Notes: generated by a model not told the origin, from the sequence alone. Shown: positions 29,050 through 40,053, numbered from the stretch's first letter. The stretch: DNA of 64,000 nt from an uncultured Gammaproteobacteria bacterium (GCA_964452565.1 CAYVLY010000001.1:579053-643052), one strand, 5' to 3'. Numbers and translations: made by a program.

Positions 29050-31404
29050 TTACTCAACCACCCCCTCACCCTCTTCCAATGGTTCAAGTTCTTCTTCACT
29101 GACCAACCCTTCTTGCAGTCGCTCGAGACGTTGAATGATCAATTCATTATCAGGATTTTCTTCCAAAACAATCTCCACCTGCTCGATTGCAAGCTCGATC
29201 TCACCCTGCTGTTCAAATACAGATGATAGGAACCATCGTGCATTGCTGTAGTCAGGTGATAGCTCCACCACATACTCAAGCTGCACCTGTGCCTCATCTA
29301 GCTTTCCTTGCTGTAGATACAAAACTCCAAGCTGAAACGCGAGTCCTGCATCATATGGACTTATATCCTGCAATGCCTCAAGCCCAGCAATTGCATCAGT
29401 TAGATTCCCCTGCCTTTCATATGTAAGCGACAAATAATACTGTGCTATTGAGTAGTCATTTTTTAGTAATAACGCATTCATGAGAGCCTGAACTGCCAAA
29501 TCTAACACCTGCTCCTTATACGCCAGTGCGTCTTCTGAAACACCCTCATCCTCACTTGCAGCAACTATATCCAATAAGTCAGCTTGCGCGATATATGCCC
29601 TTCCTAGTGATACATAGAAAACCGGATTTACTGGAGATAGTAATATGGTGCTCTCATACGCCTGAATGGCAAAAGCATCAGCACCAGAGATAAACGGAGT
29701 CATCTCGCGGTATACATCTCCCAGCATTGACTGATTAGCCACAACATTTGGAGAAAGTTCAACAGCACGCTGAGCATAATAGACAGTATTTGCAATATAT
29801 CCCTGCACTGCCTCTGGATTAACATCTGGGTCAGTCAATAACTCGGCAGTCTTCACAAGTAATGCCTGGGATAAATTCCTTGCATAGATATCGCTCCACT
29901 TATTCAACTGTGTGGCGCTCACAAGATCTTCAATCACCTCATCTGTGCTGTCTCCATATTCACTGTGAGCTACAGCTTTTGCAAAAGATACATCAGCTGC
30001 GTAACGAGAAATCGTTATAAAACCAGTTGTGACAATTAATATTGCACACACAACAAAGCCAAATGATAATGCAAACGATGCCTTTGGAGTTTTCTTATAA
30101 GTAATTGTCCGCGACTTTGTTAAAACTGCGCTCAACATGGCCGCGCCAAACAACCAAAGTAGAGACAATATAGTTGTATTTGATGAATACAAGAATTGAG
30201 ATGCAGCCAATATAATCCAGCCAAGTGTAAGAATGAATACTGGCAGCCACTTGTCATCTTTTTTAGTTCTCAAGAGCCACCCCACTGCCTTCAGCATGGT
30301 TACCAGCAACACAATGAGGTAAACAAGCGTCACGGCTATACCTGCAGTGGTAAGCGTTGTCAGTATGTGGCTTCCAGAACGATTGAAAGATAAATTCCAA
30401 AACTCTGACAGATTGACTGACGCAGGCTTGTATTGATGATAGTCAATCTCAAATGTTCCAGGGCCTGATCCAAATAGCCAAGAAGTGTTAGCGAGTGTGT
30501 CCTTTGCTATTTGATAACTTGACGAATAGGTTGGCGCAACCTCAACTGGAAAAACAAGCCCACCTGGAGTTGGAACAAACATGAACACCAGCGAGATGAC
30601 CAAAACCATCACCGGTAAGAAGATCCTCGATAATGTCACGTGTCTGAGGTCGCGTAAGAGCATAACGCTAAAGATGATCGCAACCCCCAAAACCGTCAAA
30701 GCCCACAAAAACCAATAATCTAACCCATAAAGAACAATGACACCAAGGGGAATGATTGCTCTCGAACACAATGCAGCGGTTTTTGATAAGAGGCCCCGCT
30801 CACCATCAAAAAAATCCTTTTGCAAAAATCCAAATCCCAAAGCCATTACAAGAGCCATTACAGCGATTACCCCCATTGCATTTGGTGACCCAATAAAGTT
30901 CTCAGCAAAAACATTTACACCAAAAACAGACAGTGTTCCAAAAAGAAGGATGAACACACTCACAATGAAAACAAGATCTACAGCCCTATATATCGAATCC
31001 TTCTTATCCAAAACATTTACTCCAACCAGGAACAAAACAATCATTGCAACCCAGGACACCAAACTCACATACTCCTGCCCCATACCGCCAAAGACGCTAG
31101 TCCAAGGGGCGAGCGACATGCAAGATGAGATTAAAACTCCGGCTAACAGTATTATTAACCAAACGTGCAGGCTTGTTTTTTTGTATTCAAGCGACTTTAA
31201 GACAATAAACGATGCCAGCCATGACAGTAGTGCAAGGATCGCACAAAAGACCAATACTGTCTGTTTGTTTATCTCAAGTGCATCTGAGGTCCATGGTAAG
31301 TATGCTAACGGAATCAGAATAAGTGCTGCATACAAAAAAAATCGTGCAGCTTTTCTAAAGAATAAAACGAGACGATGCTCTCGCCTATGCAAAACATCTA
31401 ACAT
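29050..31404 (-). CDS. O-antigen-ligase-like multi-pass membrane protein with C-terminal TPRs
   Basis: About 12 TM helices, FGSGPGTF motif, TPR-like C-terminus (YSNARWFLSSVFEQQG). Confidence 0.8.
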   Translation of the reverse strand: MLDVLHRREHRLVLFFRKAARFFLYAALILIPLAYLPWTSDALEINKQTVLVFCAILALLSWLASFIVLKSLEYKKTSLHVWLIILLAGVLISSCMSLAPWTSVFGGMGQEYVSLVSWVAMIVLFLVGVNVLDKKDSIYRAVDLVFIVSVFILLFGTLSVFGVNVFAENFIGSPNAMGVIAVMALVMALGFGFLQKDFFDGERGLLSKTAALCSRAIIPLGVIVLYGLDYWFLWALTVLGVAIIFSVMLLRDLRHVTLSRIFLPVMVLVISLVFMFVPTPGGLVFPVEVAPTYSSSYQIAKDTLANTSWLFGSGPGTFEIDYHQYKPASVNLSEFWNLSFNRSGSHILTTLTTAGIAVTLVYLIVLLVTMLKAVGWLLRTKKDDKWLPVFILTLGWIILAASQFLYSSNTTILSLLWLFGAAMLSAVLTKSRTITYKKTPKASFALSFGFVVCAILIVTTGFITISRYAADVSFAKAVAHSEYGDSTDEVIEDLVSATQLNKWSDIYARNLSQALLVKTAELLTDPDVNPEAVQGYIANTVYYAQRAVELSPNVVANQSMLGDVYREMTPFISGADAFAIQAYESTILLSPVNPVFYVSLGRAYIAQADLLDIVAASEDEGVSEDALAYKEQVLDLAVQALMNALLLKNDYSIAQYYLSLTYERQGNLTDAIAGLEALQDISPYDAGLAFQLGVLYLQQGKLDEAQVQLEYVVELSPDYSNARWFLSSVFEQQGEIELAIEQVEIVLEENPDNELIIQRLERLQEGLVSEEELEPLEEGEGVVE

Positions 31405-31416
31405 ATTTGATCTTTA

Positions 31417-34400
31417 TTATTCGGAAAGTTCAGCCTCCGTTGTTGATTCCTCTACTATAATTTGTGTCTCTTCTACAGGCTCCTCTGGTACTGCTTCGGT
31501 TTCAGACTCTTCGACAGCCTCAGGCTCAGCTGTATCAGCCTCCTCATCAATAGGCTCTTCTACAACCTCTTCTTCGATGGCCTCATCGGTCACTTCTTCC
31601 TCGACAACCTCCTCAGACTCATCAGACGGCTCGTCTTCAACCGGCTCCTCTTCTGATTCATCAACAGGCTCCTCAGTCTCTTGATCTGGAGATTCATCGG
31701 CCTCATCTTGTTTCTCAGTCTCTTGATCATCGGCTTCATCTACTTCACTTTGCTCCTCATCTTCAATCTGATCATCCACCTCAACGACCTCATCATCATC
31801 TTGATCAGCAATCACATCTGCTTCAACCTGCTCATCTGGCTCATAGTCCTTATGATATGCAATCACAAGCCAGTCAACATCAACATGTGATGTGCCCTCG
31901 GTGTCTCTAATGATAAATCCGTCATTCTCACGGTTAATTGCATAAAGTGAGCCGGTAGCATTGTGCGCTGTTAGGTACACGCGATATGGGGCTGTTAATG
32001 AAACCACATCTGCGAAGCTCTCGTCATAATCATCAAAATAAATGTGTGCTCTTCCCTGCTCGAGTTCGATTGTTCCTGAAAGCTGGATCGTTGTTTCACG
32101 TGAGGTCACCGCATATGTCTCGATTGTATCTCCACCATAGGTTTCGATCTCCTGAACAAATCGATCGCCAGTCCTAAATGCGCCGCTGTCGTCGATCGAC
32201 CAGGCGCTTCCAATTCCACTCAATGAACTGACTGAGATCAAGCTTCCACCGTTTAGATTCACCACACCTGAAAGATCCAACGATGTCGACGGGATCAACT
32301 CGGTTAACTCATTGTCTGAAATATCAGGCTCTTGTCCATCGTAATAAGATGGTCTGACAAACACTGTAATAGATCCTGTGCCACTACTGAACGATTCCAT
32401 TGCATATCCAACAATTGGGCCAGCCTCAACTGCCTTCATGGCATACCCTGGCGTTGATGAGGTTGTGAGTGGATCACCAATTTCGATCGATCCATTTTCT
32501 GCGCTTACATAGGTTGGAACTCGTCCGGCTAGAGCCACGGGAATGTGCCCGTCGATGTTTTGACCAGCTAAGAATCCGGGTTGGGTTGAAACAATTCCTG
32601 CAATCGTGTCGTCATAGGTTATTCCAGTTGAACGCATTACTGACTCCTCGTCATTTGCAAAGACAACAACCTCTCCAGGTGAAACAGATTCAACCGCTGG
32701 GAACATCTCTGCAAAGTCATACGACCCCGAGCCCCATCCAGATGCGTTTGTCCTCATGAAGTCACCGCCTAATCCAGTTGAGCCATCGTAATAAATGTAC
32801 TTATCGGTTTGAAGTACTCCTTGATCTGATGGGTATAGCTTTCCAGAGATTGCCAGGTCACCATCTTGGTTCACGAAAGCTAGTTCATTTGAATCTCCGT
32901 CTTCGATAGACAACTTATATTCACTCGCATCTGTGACATGTGTGACAAATCCAAGAGAAACATCCTGCGCGCCTGCCCCGTCCCATCCAGATCCGCGCAG
33001 CATCAATCCATATGAATCCATGCCTTGAGTTGAAGCATTGGCCGTGCCGGTCGCACCCAATGCCAGATCGTCAGAAACAAGTGTTACTGATCCGCTATCT
33101 GTTAATACCCCAACAGCTTGCCATGTTGGTTTAACATATACATCTATAGTTCCTGTTCCTGAAGAGTGCGATTCAAGCGCCTGTCCTAGAACATAGCCAA
33201 CTCCTGTTGCCTTCTTTGCAACTCCAGAAGTTGATGAAAGTGTAATGTAATCTCCAGCACTAATCGAACCACCCTCAGTGTTAACAGTCACCGGAACCTG
33301 CCCTAAAAGCGCTACTGGAACATAGACACCAGTGTCTCGCCAGCCATCAAACCAGTTACCAAGTGTATTTGGTGCAACCGAGTATGCACCAATTATCTCA
33401 TCGGCGTCTGATGCAAGAACTACGTTCCCAGATGAATCAAGTCCAATGATATCGCCCTCTGAAAAACTGGAGAGCGTCCCTGGGAAAAGCTCCGCATAGT
33501 CAGATCCAGCTGATGCATTTGTTACTCCTCCACCGCCATCACCCTCAACTGCTCCAAGCACTGTTCCGTTCCCGTCCTTGAACATGAGGTAGTTACAAGC
33601 CGCGGTTGGGTTCGTATCAAGACATGCCTGAATATTAATTCCCATGTTTGTATCTGCATTTCCATCATTAAAGAAACTTGCAATAAAATCTGTGGTACCG
33701 GTTGCGAAAACATTTATCGGCTGCCCATCTCCTGTTTGGTTGATATAAAGACCATCTGCTGTACCAAAATTAGCTATGTTGATGCCCCTACCATTTCCGG
33801 TCTGATTAATATTCAAAGAAGCTCCCGTACCACTATTACTCAAATTGAGAACATTTCCCGTCGAAGCGGTATCAGAAATCTGGAAGTTCACCAAGCCGGT
33901 TGTGGTATTTGTAAAGTCTGTTCCTGAGTCGGTACGGTTCACATTAATTGCCTGCCCGGTTGTCAAAGTGCTATTTGTTATATCAACAATATTCGATACT
34001 GCTTCACCTGTTCCATCGATCTCCAGCAGGCCATACATGTACAAATCGCCTGCTCCAGTGGCTATCGCTGCGGTAGAGGGAGAGTTACTGTTTTCTATAT
34101 GCACTGCTGACCCATGAAAATAGCCTGCATAGTTAGCTGTCCCACCGCCGGCACTTGCCCGAATTCCATAACGCGTTGTGCCGGCACTATTATTTGAAAA
34201 ATCACCACCAAAACCTGTTGTGAGCGTGCCTGCACCTGAAGAAATATTACCCCACACACCAGTCGCCTGTGTAACAGTTCCTGCAGTTGTTACAGCATTT
34301 CCATAAACACCAATCGCTAATGGAACAGTGGAACCGGCGCCATTGTTTTGAACCTGTCCATAAAGTCCAGTCACTGTTGATTCAATTGCACCTGCGGCCG

Positions 34401-35577
34401 TTGAAGTATTTATAGCGATCCCCTCAACTCCACGAAGTTCATTAAGCTCCCCTGAACCGGAGTTGGTGGCGGTCCCACCAATTGCTATTGCCTTTTGATC
34501 GTAGCCCCCTGCCTCAACACTGCTATTGGTTATCGCGGAATATATTTCGTACAGATTGTATATTCCGTTACCACCAGATGCTGCTGCCGAAACTGTGGAA
34601 CTAGCTTCAAATAAGTTAAAGTTGCCCGGAGCCGCAGCATATAGGGCAGCTGGACTATGCTCTAAATAGCCATTTTGAAAATCCCACTTATCAGCATTGT
34701 ATAAAATGTCAGCATCAGCACCGCCAGCATCTTTAAAGCTCAATGTTGGATTCTGTGCTGCATCACCAAAATAGATAATTCCTGTGCCTGGTGCTACACC
34801 AAAATCCGCAGCCGCGGCTGTATTTGCACCAATGGCAACATCGTCACTTGAAGTCGTTAAATAGACTACCGAGCCTCCGTCAGTCCAACCGAGATCAGTG
34901 GTTAGAGCAACAATTCCTGTAGAATTAGGGAACGTGATAGTCTTATCGCCGACCGTTGGATCAGTTATCGCAAACCTTGTTTCAAAATCGTCTGCAGTAG
35001 CTCCCTCAAACACTAAGGCGTTTTCTCCAGCAAATGTGGCAGCAGTGAAATTATTTACTCCAGTCACAGTATTGTCCGCTGCTAACTGGAAGAAGCTTGC
35101 AGATCCAATACCATCGAGTGTGTCGGCATTGAGTGCATACGGAACTGCCACCAAACGCTTTCTTGGGGTTAGCGCCTCTCCCTCAATCGTAACCTTTAGA
35201 TATACCCCCGCATTATCTCCAAAAACCCCGGCCGGAATCGCGGCATACGAGTCGCCCGTATCACCAAGGTTCTCTGAAAAAAGACCATCAGTTAGGGTTA
35301 TTGTCTTTGCAGTTGATGTGGCGCAGGTTGCAGATGAGTTAGACCAGATACACGAACCTGCTGTTGGGTCATCGTAAAACTCAAATAGTATATCCACGGT
35401 GGCATCAGATACTGGAACGCTATTTGCGTTTAGAATACGACCTTGATATGTAATGAACCTCGGTGGAGTTGCAGCCGCAGAGACAAGTTGAGCTAAAGCT
35501 GAAAAAACAATAAACAAAGCCAGCAAAAGGACTGTGGCCTTTTTTGTTTTTGAAAATGGTTCACTCAGTATTCTCAT
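31417..35577 (-). CDS. Large secreted fibre-like surface protein with two peptidase G2/IMC-like autocleavage domains and an acidic tail
   Basis: Signal peptide, ITYQGR...VPYALNADTLDG N-domain, Gly/Thr/Asn-rich beta repeats, SDYAELFP...VALLGQVPV and YDFAEMFP...VALAGRVP. Confidence 0.75.
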   Translation of the reverse strand: MRILSEPFSKTKKATVLLLALFIVFSALAQLVSAAATPPRFITYQGRILNANSVPVSDATVDILFEFYDDPTAGSCIWSNSSATCATSTAKTITLTDGLFSENLGDTGDSYAAIPAGVFGDNAGVYLKVTIEGEALTPRKRLVAVPYALNADTLDGIGSASFFQLAADNTVTGVNNFTAATFAGENALVFEGATADDFETRFAITDPTVGDKTITFPNSTGIVALTTDLGWTDGGSVVYLTTSSDDVAIGANTAAAADFGVAPGTGIIYFGDAAQNPTLSFKDAGGADADILYNADKWDFQNGYLEHSPAALYAAAPGNFNLFEASSTVSAAASGGNGIYNLYEIYSAITNSSVEAGGYDQKAIAIGGTATNSGSGELNELRGVEGIAINTSTAAGAIESTVTGLYGQVQNNGAGSTVPLAIGVYGNAVTTAGTVTQATGVWGNISSGAGTLTTGFGGDFSNNSAGTTRYGIRASAGGGTANYAGYFHGSAVHIENSNSPSTAAIATGAGDLYMYGLLEIDGTGEAVSNIVDITNSTLTTGQAINVNRTDSGTDFTNTTTGLVNFQISDTASTGNVLNLSNSGTGASLNINQTGNGRGINIANFGTADGLYINQTGDGQPINVFATGTTDFIASFFNDGNADTNMGINIQACLDTNPTAACNYLMFKDGNGTVLGAVEGDGGGGVTNASAGSDYAELFPGTLSSFSEGDIIGLDSSGNVVLASDADEIIGAYSVAPNTLGNWFDGWRDTGVYVPVALLGQVPVTVNTEGGSISAGDYITLSSTSGVAKKATGVGYVLGQALESHSSGTGTIDVYVKPTWQAVGVLTDSGSVTLVSDDLALGATGTANASTQGMDSYGLMLRGSGWDGAGAQDVSLGFVTHVTDASEYKLSIEDGDSNELAFVNQDGDLAISGKLYPSDQGVLQTDKYIYYDGSTGLGGDFMRTNASGWGSGSYDFAEMFPAVESVSPGEVVVFANDEESVMRSTGITYDDTIAGIVSTQPGFLAGQNIDGHIPVALAGRVPTYVSAENGSIEIGDPLTTSSTPGYAMKAVEAGPIVGYAMESFSSGTGSITVFVRPSYYDGQEPDISDNELTELIPSTSLDLSGVVNLNGGSLISVSSLSGIGSAWSIDDSGAFRTGDRFVQEIETYGGDTIETYAVTSRETTIQLSGTIELEQGRAHIYFDDYDESFADVVSLTAPYRVYLTAHNATGSLYAINRENDGFIIRDTEGTSHVDVDWLVIAYHKDYEPDEQVEADVIADQDDDEVVEVDDQIEDEEQSEVDEADDQETEKQDEADESPDQETEEPVDESEEEPVEDEPSDESEEVVEEEVTDEAIEEEVVEEPIDEEADTAEPEAVEESETEAVPEEPVEETQIIVEESTTEAELSE

Positions 35578-35641
35578 ACTTCCACATCTATGCGCATGGT
35601 TGTGCACAGGTAGGAAATACGACGGATGTATTATACCTCGT

Positions 35642-38134
35642 TTACGGTTGTTTTTTTAGCTCTGTATCAACAGAAATCAACTCTGGTTCTTTTTTGCCGG
35701 TCAGGTCTATAGGGCGAACTTCCTGTTTTTCATATCCAGGTCTTTCAAATGTCACATAATACTCATTTGGCCCTGCCATGAATGCATATCTACCAGACCC
35801 ATCTGTAACAGTGGATTCGATCAACTTATTAAACTTTGGTTCAAATAACCGAACAACTGCATTTGGTAATGCCTTCTTGACATGGGCGTCACGAACAATT
35901 CCCCACCCCTTCTTCTTTCGTAGTTTTGTTAACGCCTTTGTGGTTCCATAAACGGTCACATGAACAGTTACAAGGGCAATACTAAATATTGTTGGTTGAA
36001 TTATTAGAATAACAACTGCCATTAACAATCCCGCTAAGGCTAAAACATTCTGAAATACCCTCAAGAACCTCTTGAATATCAACTTCTTTGGTGAATGATA
36101 CTTCTCCTCCTGCGAAGGATCGACCGGAATATTTGCAGCAATTACGACATCTTCTTGAGTCACCTCAATAATGCCCTGAGTATAAATATCCTCAAACATT
36201 TCATCTTTAGTAGCTCCCTCCATGTATTCGCTTGGGAATGTAAATCCAGCTTTCTTAACATCGAGCTTGTATCTACCCGGCTTCACACGAAGAATGTAGT
36301 GACCCTCCTTGTCAGAGACCGTGGTCTTAACAAGCTTACCCTGTTCCGAATAGAGTCGGATTGTTGCAAGATCAACCGGCAACTTTGTTATTGCATTGTA
36401 AACAGTTCCAATGCGCTTTTTTCTTCGACGTGCAAAGAATAAAATTGGCGAGCTAAACAAATACCGTAGATATGGGATGAGATTAAAGGATGACGAAAGA
36501 ACTCCAGCGCTTCCCACTGCAGTTACAACTGCAACTGGAGTTGTCACATCTGCCACTGCCTGTACCTCGGGAAGTTCGCGTATTTCATTAATAACCTCCA
36601 CGACTTCTACTACGGTCTCGGCAACAACCTCAACTGTTTCCGCAACTGCACCAACAGGCTCCTCTTCCTCCTCAACAACCACAATTTCAGAACGCGTCAT
36701 CCGAATTGATGGGGCTAATACATTATTTGAAACTCGTATGACAACCTCTGCGTCTTCATAGCCACTCTTACCTGCAGTCACAGTATAAACACCATCAGGT
36801 ACATAAAATCCTATCGCCCCACTGCTGCCGGATGAGGTAGGGTTCGACTGCCCATATGAACCAGCATCCCACTGAGTTCGATCCTCACCACTTCCTTCAT
36901 AAACAATAACCACCGCACTTTCAACCCCTTGATCTTCATCGTCGATCTCCTCATAAACCCAACCATAACTAACAACTCCCCATGACTGAGTATCTGTAAC
37001 AGTCTGACCATCAGTGTAGTCAACAATGACTGTTACCACTTGATCATCCTGCTCGACTGGGATCAACCCCTGATATATACCTTCTAGAACTTCAGCAAAA
37101 CCATAAGTTGTATCGTCAACGACCACCGTAACCTCCTCAACGTCTTCTTGATCATCAACAATAACCTCAACCTGAGCATATGTGCCTGGGAGTAGATCGT
37201 CATCATCAATAACAATCTGGCCATTACCAACAGTTATCTGCGTTTCAACTTCGCGATCTTCTTCCTCTCCAACTCCGTCGTCTTCAGGTTCATCCTCATC
37301 CTCTTCTGAATCAACTACACCGCCTCCATCATCAGCTGCGCCATCTCCGTCATCTTCACCGTCATCGTCCCCTTCTCCGTCTGCGTCGCCATCGTCGTCA
37401 TCACCCTCATCCTCCGGCTCTGGTTCGGGTTCCGGCTCTGGTTCGGGTTCGGGTTCCGGTTCCGGCTCTGGTTCGGGTTCGGGTTCCGGTTCCGGCTCTG
37501 GCTCAGGTTCCGGCTCACCATCGTCTCCATCATCACCTCCAACAGGGCCACCCCCACCACCAGTAGGACTTGGCACGGTTGTACTCACATTTCCATCATC
37601 ATCAGTCACAATAGGAACTGGTACAGACCCTGAAAGTTTATTCGCCGCTGTTGTAATCCAAATAAAATACGTAGCGGCATTTGATGGATTTGTAATTCGA
37701 TTGGACCCCGAACCATATGCTGATGCGTTTGTTCCAATCTCAACAATGACCTCACTTCCGGATGCCACCTCACCACCATCCCCAGAACACCAAGCCACTG
37801 TTAGATTCTGGCCAGAAACGGAAATATCTACATGGTCTGTTCCGGTACAATCATCAGCTGTTGTTAAATCAACTCCATCGTCGGATACATCGACATCGTC
37901 TTCTGTTATTGAAGAAAGATCAAAACCTGCGGGATAAGTGATCGTCAGGGTGTCTGTGTCGGGAATGGCAACCGATGTAGTAAAAACAAATCTGTGATTA
38001 GATCCCGTGCTTACTTTTGAGGAGGTTATCTGGTCGTAAAGATCTGTGGGTGTAGAAAATGCAAAAGCAAAGCTAGCCGACAAGGTCAATGCAGCAATCA
38101 CGAGGAGAACAAATGTTTTAACGACGCTTCGCAT
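35642..38134 (-). CDS. Surface protein with (EP)n linker, carboxypeptidase-regulatory-like domains and TM helices
   Basis: Signal peptide, (EP)~17, three prealbumin-like repeats (TVSDKEGHY, TVTDGSGRY). Confidence 0.75.
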   Translation of the reverse strand: MRSVVKTFVLLVIAALTLSASFAFAFSTPTDLYDQITSSKVSTGSNHRFVFTTSVAIPDTDTLTITYPAGFDLSSITEDDVDVSDDGVDLTTADDCTGTDHVDISVSGQNLTVAWCSGDGGEVASGSEVIVEIGTNASAYGSGSNRITNPSNAATYFIWITTAANKLSGSVPVPIVTDDDGNVSTTVPSPTGGGGGPVGGDDGDDGEPEPEPEPEPEPEPEPEPEPEPEPEPEPEPEPEPEDEGDDDDGDADGEGDDDGEDDGDGAADDGGGVVDSEEDEDEPEDDGVGEEEDREVETQITVGNGQIVIDDDDLLPGTYAQVEVIVDDQEDVEEVTVVVDDTTYGFAEVLEGIYQGLIPVEQDDQVVTVIVDYTDGQTVTDTQSWGVVSYGWVYEEIDDEDQGVESAVVIVYEGSGEDRTQWDAGSYGQSNPTSSGSSGAIGFYVPDGVYTVTAGKSGYEDAEVVIRVSNNVLAPSIRMTRSEIVVVEEEEEPVGAVAETVEVVAETVVEVVEVINEIRELPEVQAVADVTTPVAVVTAVGSAGVLSSSFNLIPYLRYLFSSPILFFARRRKKRIGTVYNAITKLPVDLATIRLYSEQGKLVKTTVSDKEGHYILRVKPGRYKLDVKKAGFTFPSEYMEGATKDEMFEDIYTQGIIEVTQEDVVIAANIPVDPSQEEKYHSPKKLIFKRFLRVFQNVLALAGLLMAVVILIIQPTIFSIALVTVHVTVYGTTKALTKLRKKKGWGIVRDAHVKKALPNAVVRLFEPKFNKLIESTVTDGSGRYAFMAGPNEYYVTFERPGYEKQEVRPIDLTGKKEPELISVDTELKKQP
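37412..37516 (-). repeat. Hexanucleotide tandem repeat encoding (EP)~17
   Basis: Degenerate GARCCN repeats with a 30-bp higher-order period. Confidence 0.9.
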
Positions 38135-38972
38135 ACCTCCAAATGATAAACAATATAATCAAGCACCCAAGTATCAACCCCAGGGTCTTGACTGATACAA
38201 ACCAAACTACCACCGAATCTGAGTGCACTTCTCCACCATCCCAAGGCTCCGCATCAAATCTGAGCTCATAGGGCCCCAATGCCCAATTGTTATAAATATC
38301 AACAACAAATGTGCGCTCCTGGTTGTTCGCAATTCTTTTTGATTCTGGATTGATATCGAACACATCAACCACGCCGCCGGTCCAACTAATAAGCGAAACT
38401 ATGCCGTTTGGCTGCACAAACCTATCACCCGAATTTCTCACAGTATAAAAAGTCTGAGCATTGCCAAAAGAAAATGATCTGTCAGCTTGGTACCCCAACC
38501 ATTCAACAGATTCAGATATATCATCACCGATTGTTAAAAAAGCTAACGAAATAAAGCCAGACTGTACAGATGGCTCCAGCTGGCCTGTAACACTTTCTAC
38601 TATTCGAATCCCAACTACCATTGTCTGCGATTTGGTCGCAATATCAGGACTTATCACTATGCCAAATTCTCTAACCTCACCGGGCATCAGTTCAAATTCC
38701 TGGAGTTCTGACGAAAACCATTCTTCAACCCCGGGGTCTAGATCAAAAAAACTATACTCACCCTCCTCAAGACCAAGGTCCACTCCAATGAAATCAATTG
38801 CATATGCCCGAGAATCTTCGTTGCTATTTTGAAGTGTTATTAGAATCTCGGCACTCTCGCCAGGATCAATAGAAACGTCTTGAACCGATGGATATAAAAG
38901 CGATGCATGTACAGGCTGCGTCAGGCATAGAAAAAATATAACCAATGATACAACTCTAATAATCACCGACAT
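38118..38972 (-). CDS. Secreted two-Ig-domain protein with C-terminal TM (DUF916-like)
   Basis: Signal peptide, PSVQDVSIDPGE, VRNSGDRFVQPNG, C-terminal anchor ending KRR. Confidence 0.55.
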   Translation of the reverse strand: MSVIIRVVSLVIFFLCLTQPVHASLLYPSVQDVSIDPGESAEILITLQNSNEDSRAYAIDFIGVDLGLEEGEYSFFDLDPGVEEWFSSELQEFELMPGEVREFGIVISPDIATKSQTMVVGIRIVESVTGQLEPSVQSGFISLAFLTIGDDISESVEWLGYQADRSFSFGNAQTFYTVRNSGDRFVQPNGIVSLISWTGGVVDVFDINPESKRIANNQERTFVVDIYNNWALGPYELRFDAEPWDGGEVHSDSVVVWFVSVKTLGLILGCLIILFIIWRYAKRR

Positions 38973-39870
38973 ACAACAATGTAACTGTGTGTGAATAGGC
39001 TCCGCTACTTATAGAATCGTCGGTTGATAGCTTTAAGGTTATGAAATCTCTAGTATTGAATGAGTTGGATGACCTGCTACCTATCTGCTGAAGGCTGCTT
39101 GTTATTGGGCTATCCTGTGTATCAAAATCTGAACTTGCAAGCGTTGTGTCAGATGACTTGGCACCATACTCTTTAGACCCCGCCGCGACAGCACCGTCAG
39201 AAACATCACTAATTGTATCAGTTCCATTAGTTAAATTCTGATCCTCATATACATAAACGCTGTAACCATCACCAACATCTGCGGTTACTTCCCATCCAAT
39301 TATAGAAGTTGAAACCGTAGAGGTTGTCGGCTCTGCCATTGTGGTCGCACTTGCATTCAATGCATAAAGATAATCGCTACTTCCATCTATGCTTGGTGTA
39401 GCGCCAGAATGCCACTCGTCAACAGTGATATCAGGATCGCTAATTGAAGCTATCTTTCCCATTGTCGAAACCTGCGAGGCTCCCTCGTCCTGTACCAACG
39501 CAACCATATCACCAACCGAAAATCCTGTTACGGAAGAAACTGTTACCGTTGTGCTAGATAGGGATGTTGCCGATACTTGAGATGAGCGATCCTCTATATA
39601 AATTGAAAAATCAGCAACGCGATCGTAGACACCGGCTCGATATCCCTGGTCAAGCTTATAAGTCGTGCTTGAACCCCCAGAGTCCGCGCTTTGATCAACG
39701 GAGTCTCTCAAGATATATGACGTTGATGAAGAGGCGTCGTCACCTCCCGCGCTTATGCTATCCCATTGAATCTGGAAGTTGGTTGAGGTCATCTGACCAG
39801 AAACAGAAAATCGGCAGCCAAAAATAGCTACAAGAATAGTGAGAGCAATGACTAGCCCCTTCTGTTTCAT
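38956..39870 (-). CDS. Secreted Ser/Thr-rich surface protein
   Basis: Signal peptide, MTSTNFQIQWDSI N-motif, C-terminal GAYSHTVTLLYVGDY strand. Confidence 0.65.
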   Translation of the reverse strand: MKQKGLVIALTILVAIFGCRFSVSGQMTSTNFQIQWDSISAGGDDASSSTSYILRDSVDQSADSGGSSTTYKLDQGYRAGVYDRVADFSIYIEDRSSQVSATSLSSTTVTVSSVTGFSVGDMVALVQDEGASQVSTMGKIASISDPDITVDEWHSGATPSIDGSSDYLYALNASATTMAEPTTSTVSTSIIGWEVTADVGDGYSVYVYEDQNLTNGTDTISDVSDGAVAAGSKEYGAKSSDTTLASSDFDTQDSPITSSLQQIGSRSSNSFNTRDFITLKLSTDDSISSGAYSHTVTLLYVGDY

Positions 39871-39949
39871 ACACAAGAATTATATCAATGAACACAATTT
39901 TTAGCTAAAGCCATATTTGGCCAACCTTAGCATAATATATACTCTAGGG

Positions 39950-39958
39950 TGTGGATAA
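39950..39958 (-). promoter_or_regulatory. DnaA box (second, 1-mismatch box at 39992-40000)
   Basis: TGTGGATAA is the reverse complement of TTATCCACA. Confidence 0.45.
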
Positions 39959-40037
39959 TTCTGGGTCTGACCCCTTTAAAAACGAATGACCTGTGGAGAA
40001 GTTAGAATCCTAGTTGTCTACGCCATGCTGGACATCT

Positions 40038-40053
40038 AGTTTCACGTGAAACC
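40038..40053. promoter_or_regulatory. parS site
   Basis: aGTTTCACGTGAAACc matches the ParB consensus TGTTTCACGTGAAACA in the central 14 bp. Confidence 0.75.

Noticed and set aside
30737-37937. Ser/Gly-rich plus-strand ORFs 30737-31684 and 37182-37937
   Set aside because: Reverse complements of acidic and (EP)n low-complexity coding regions
39929-39955. dif site (GCATAATATATA)
   Set aside because: Only the XerC-like half and centre match; the TTATGTTAAAT arm is missing and parS sites indicate origin proximity
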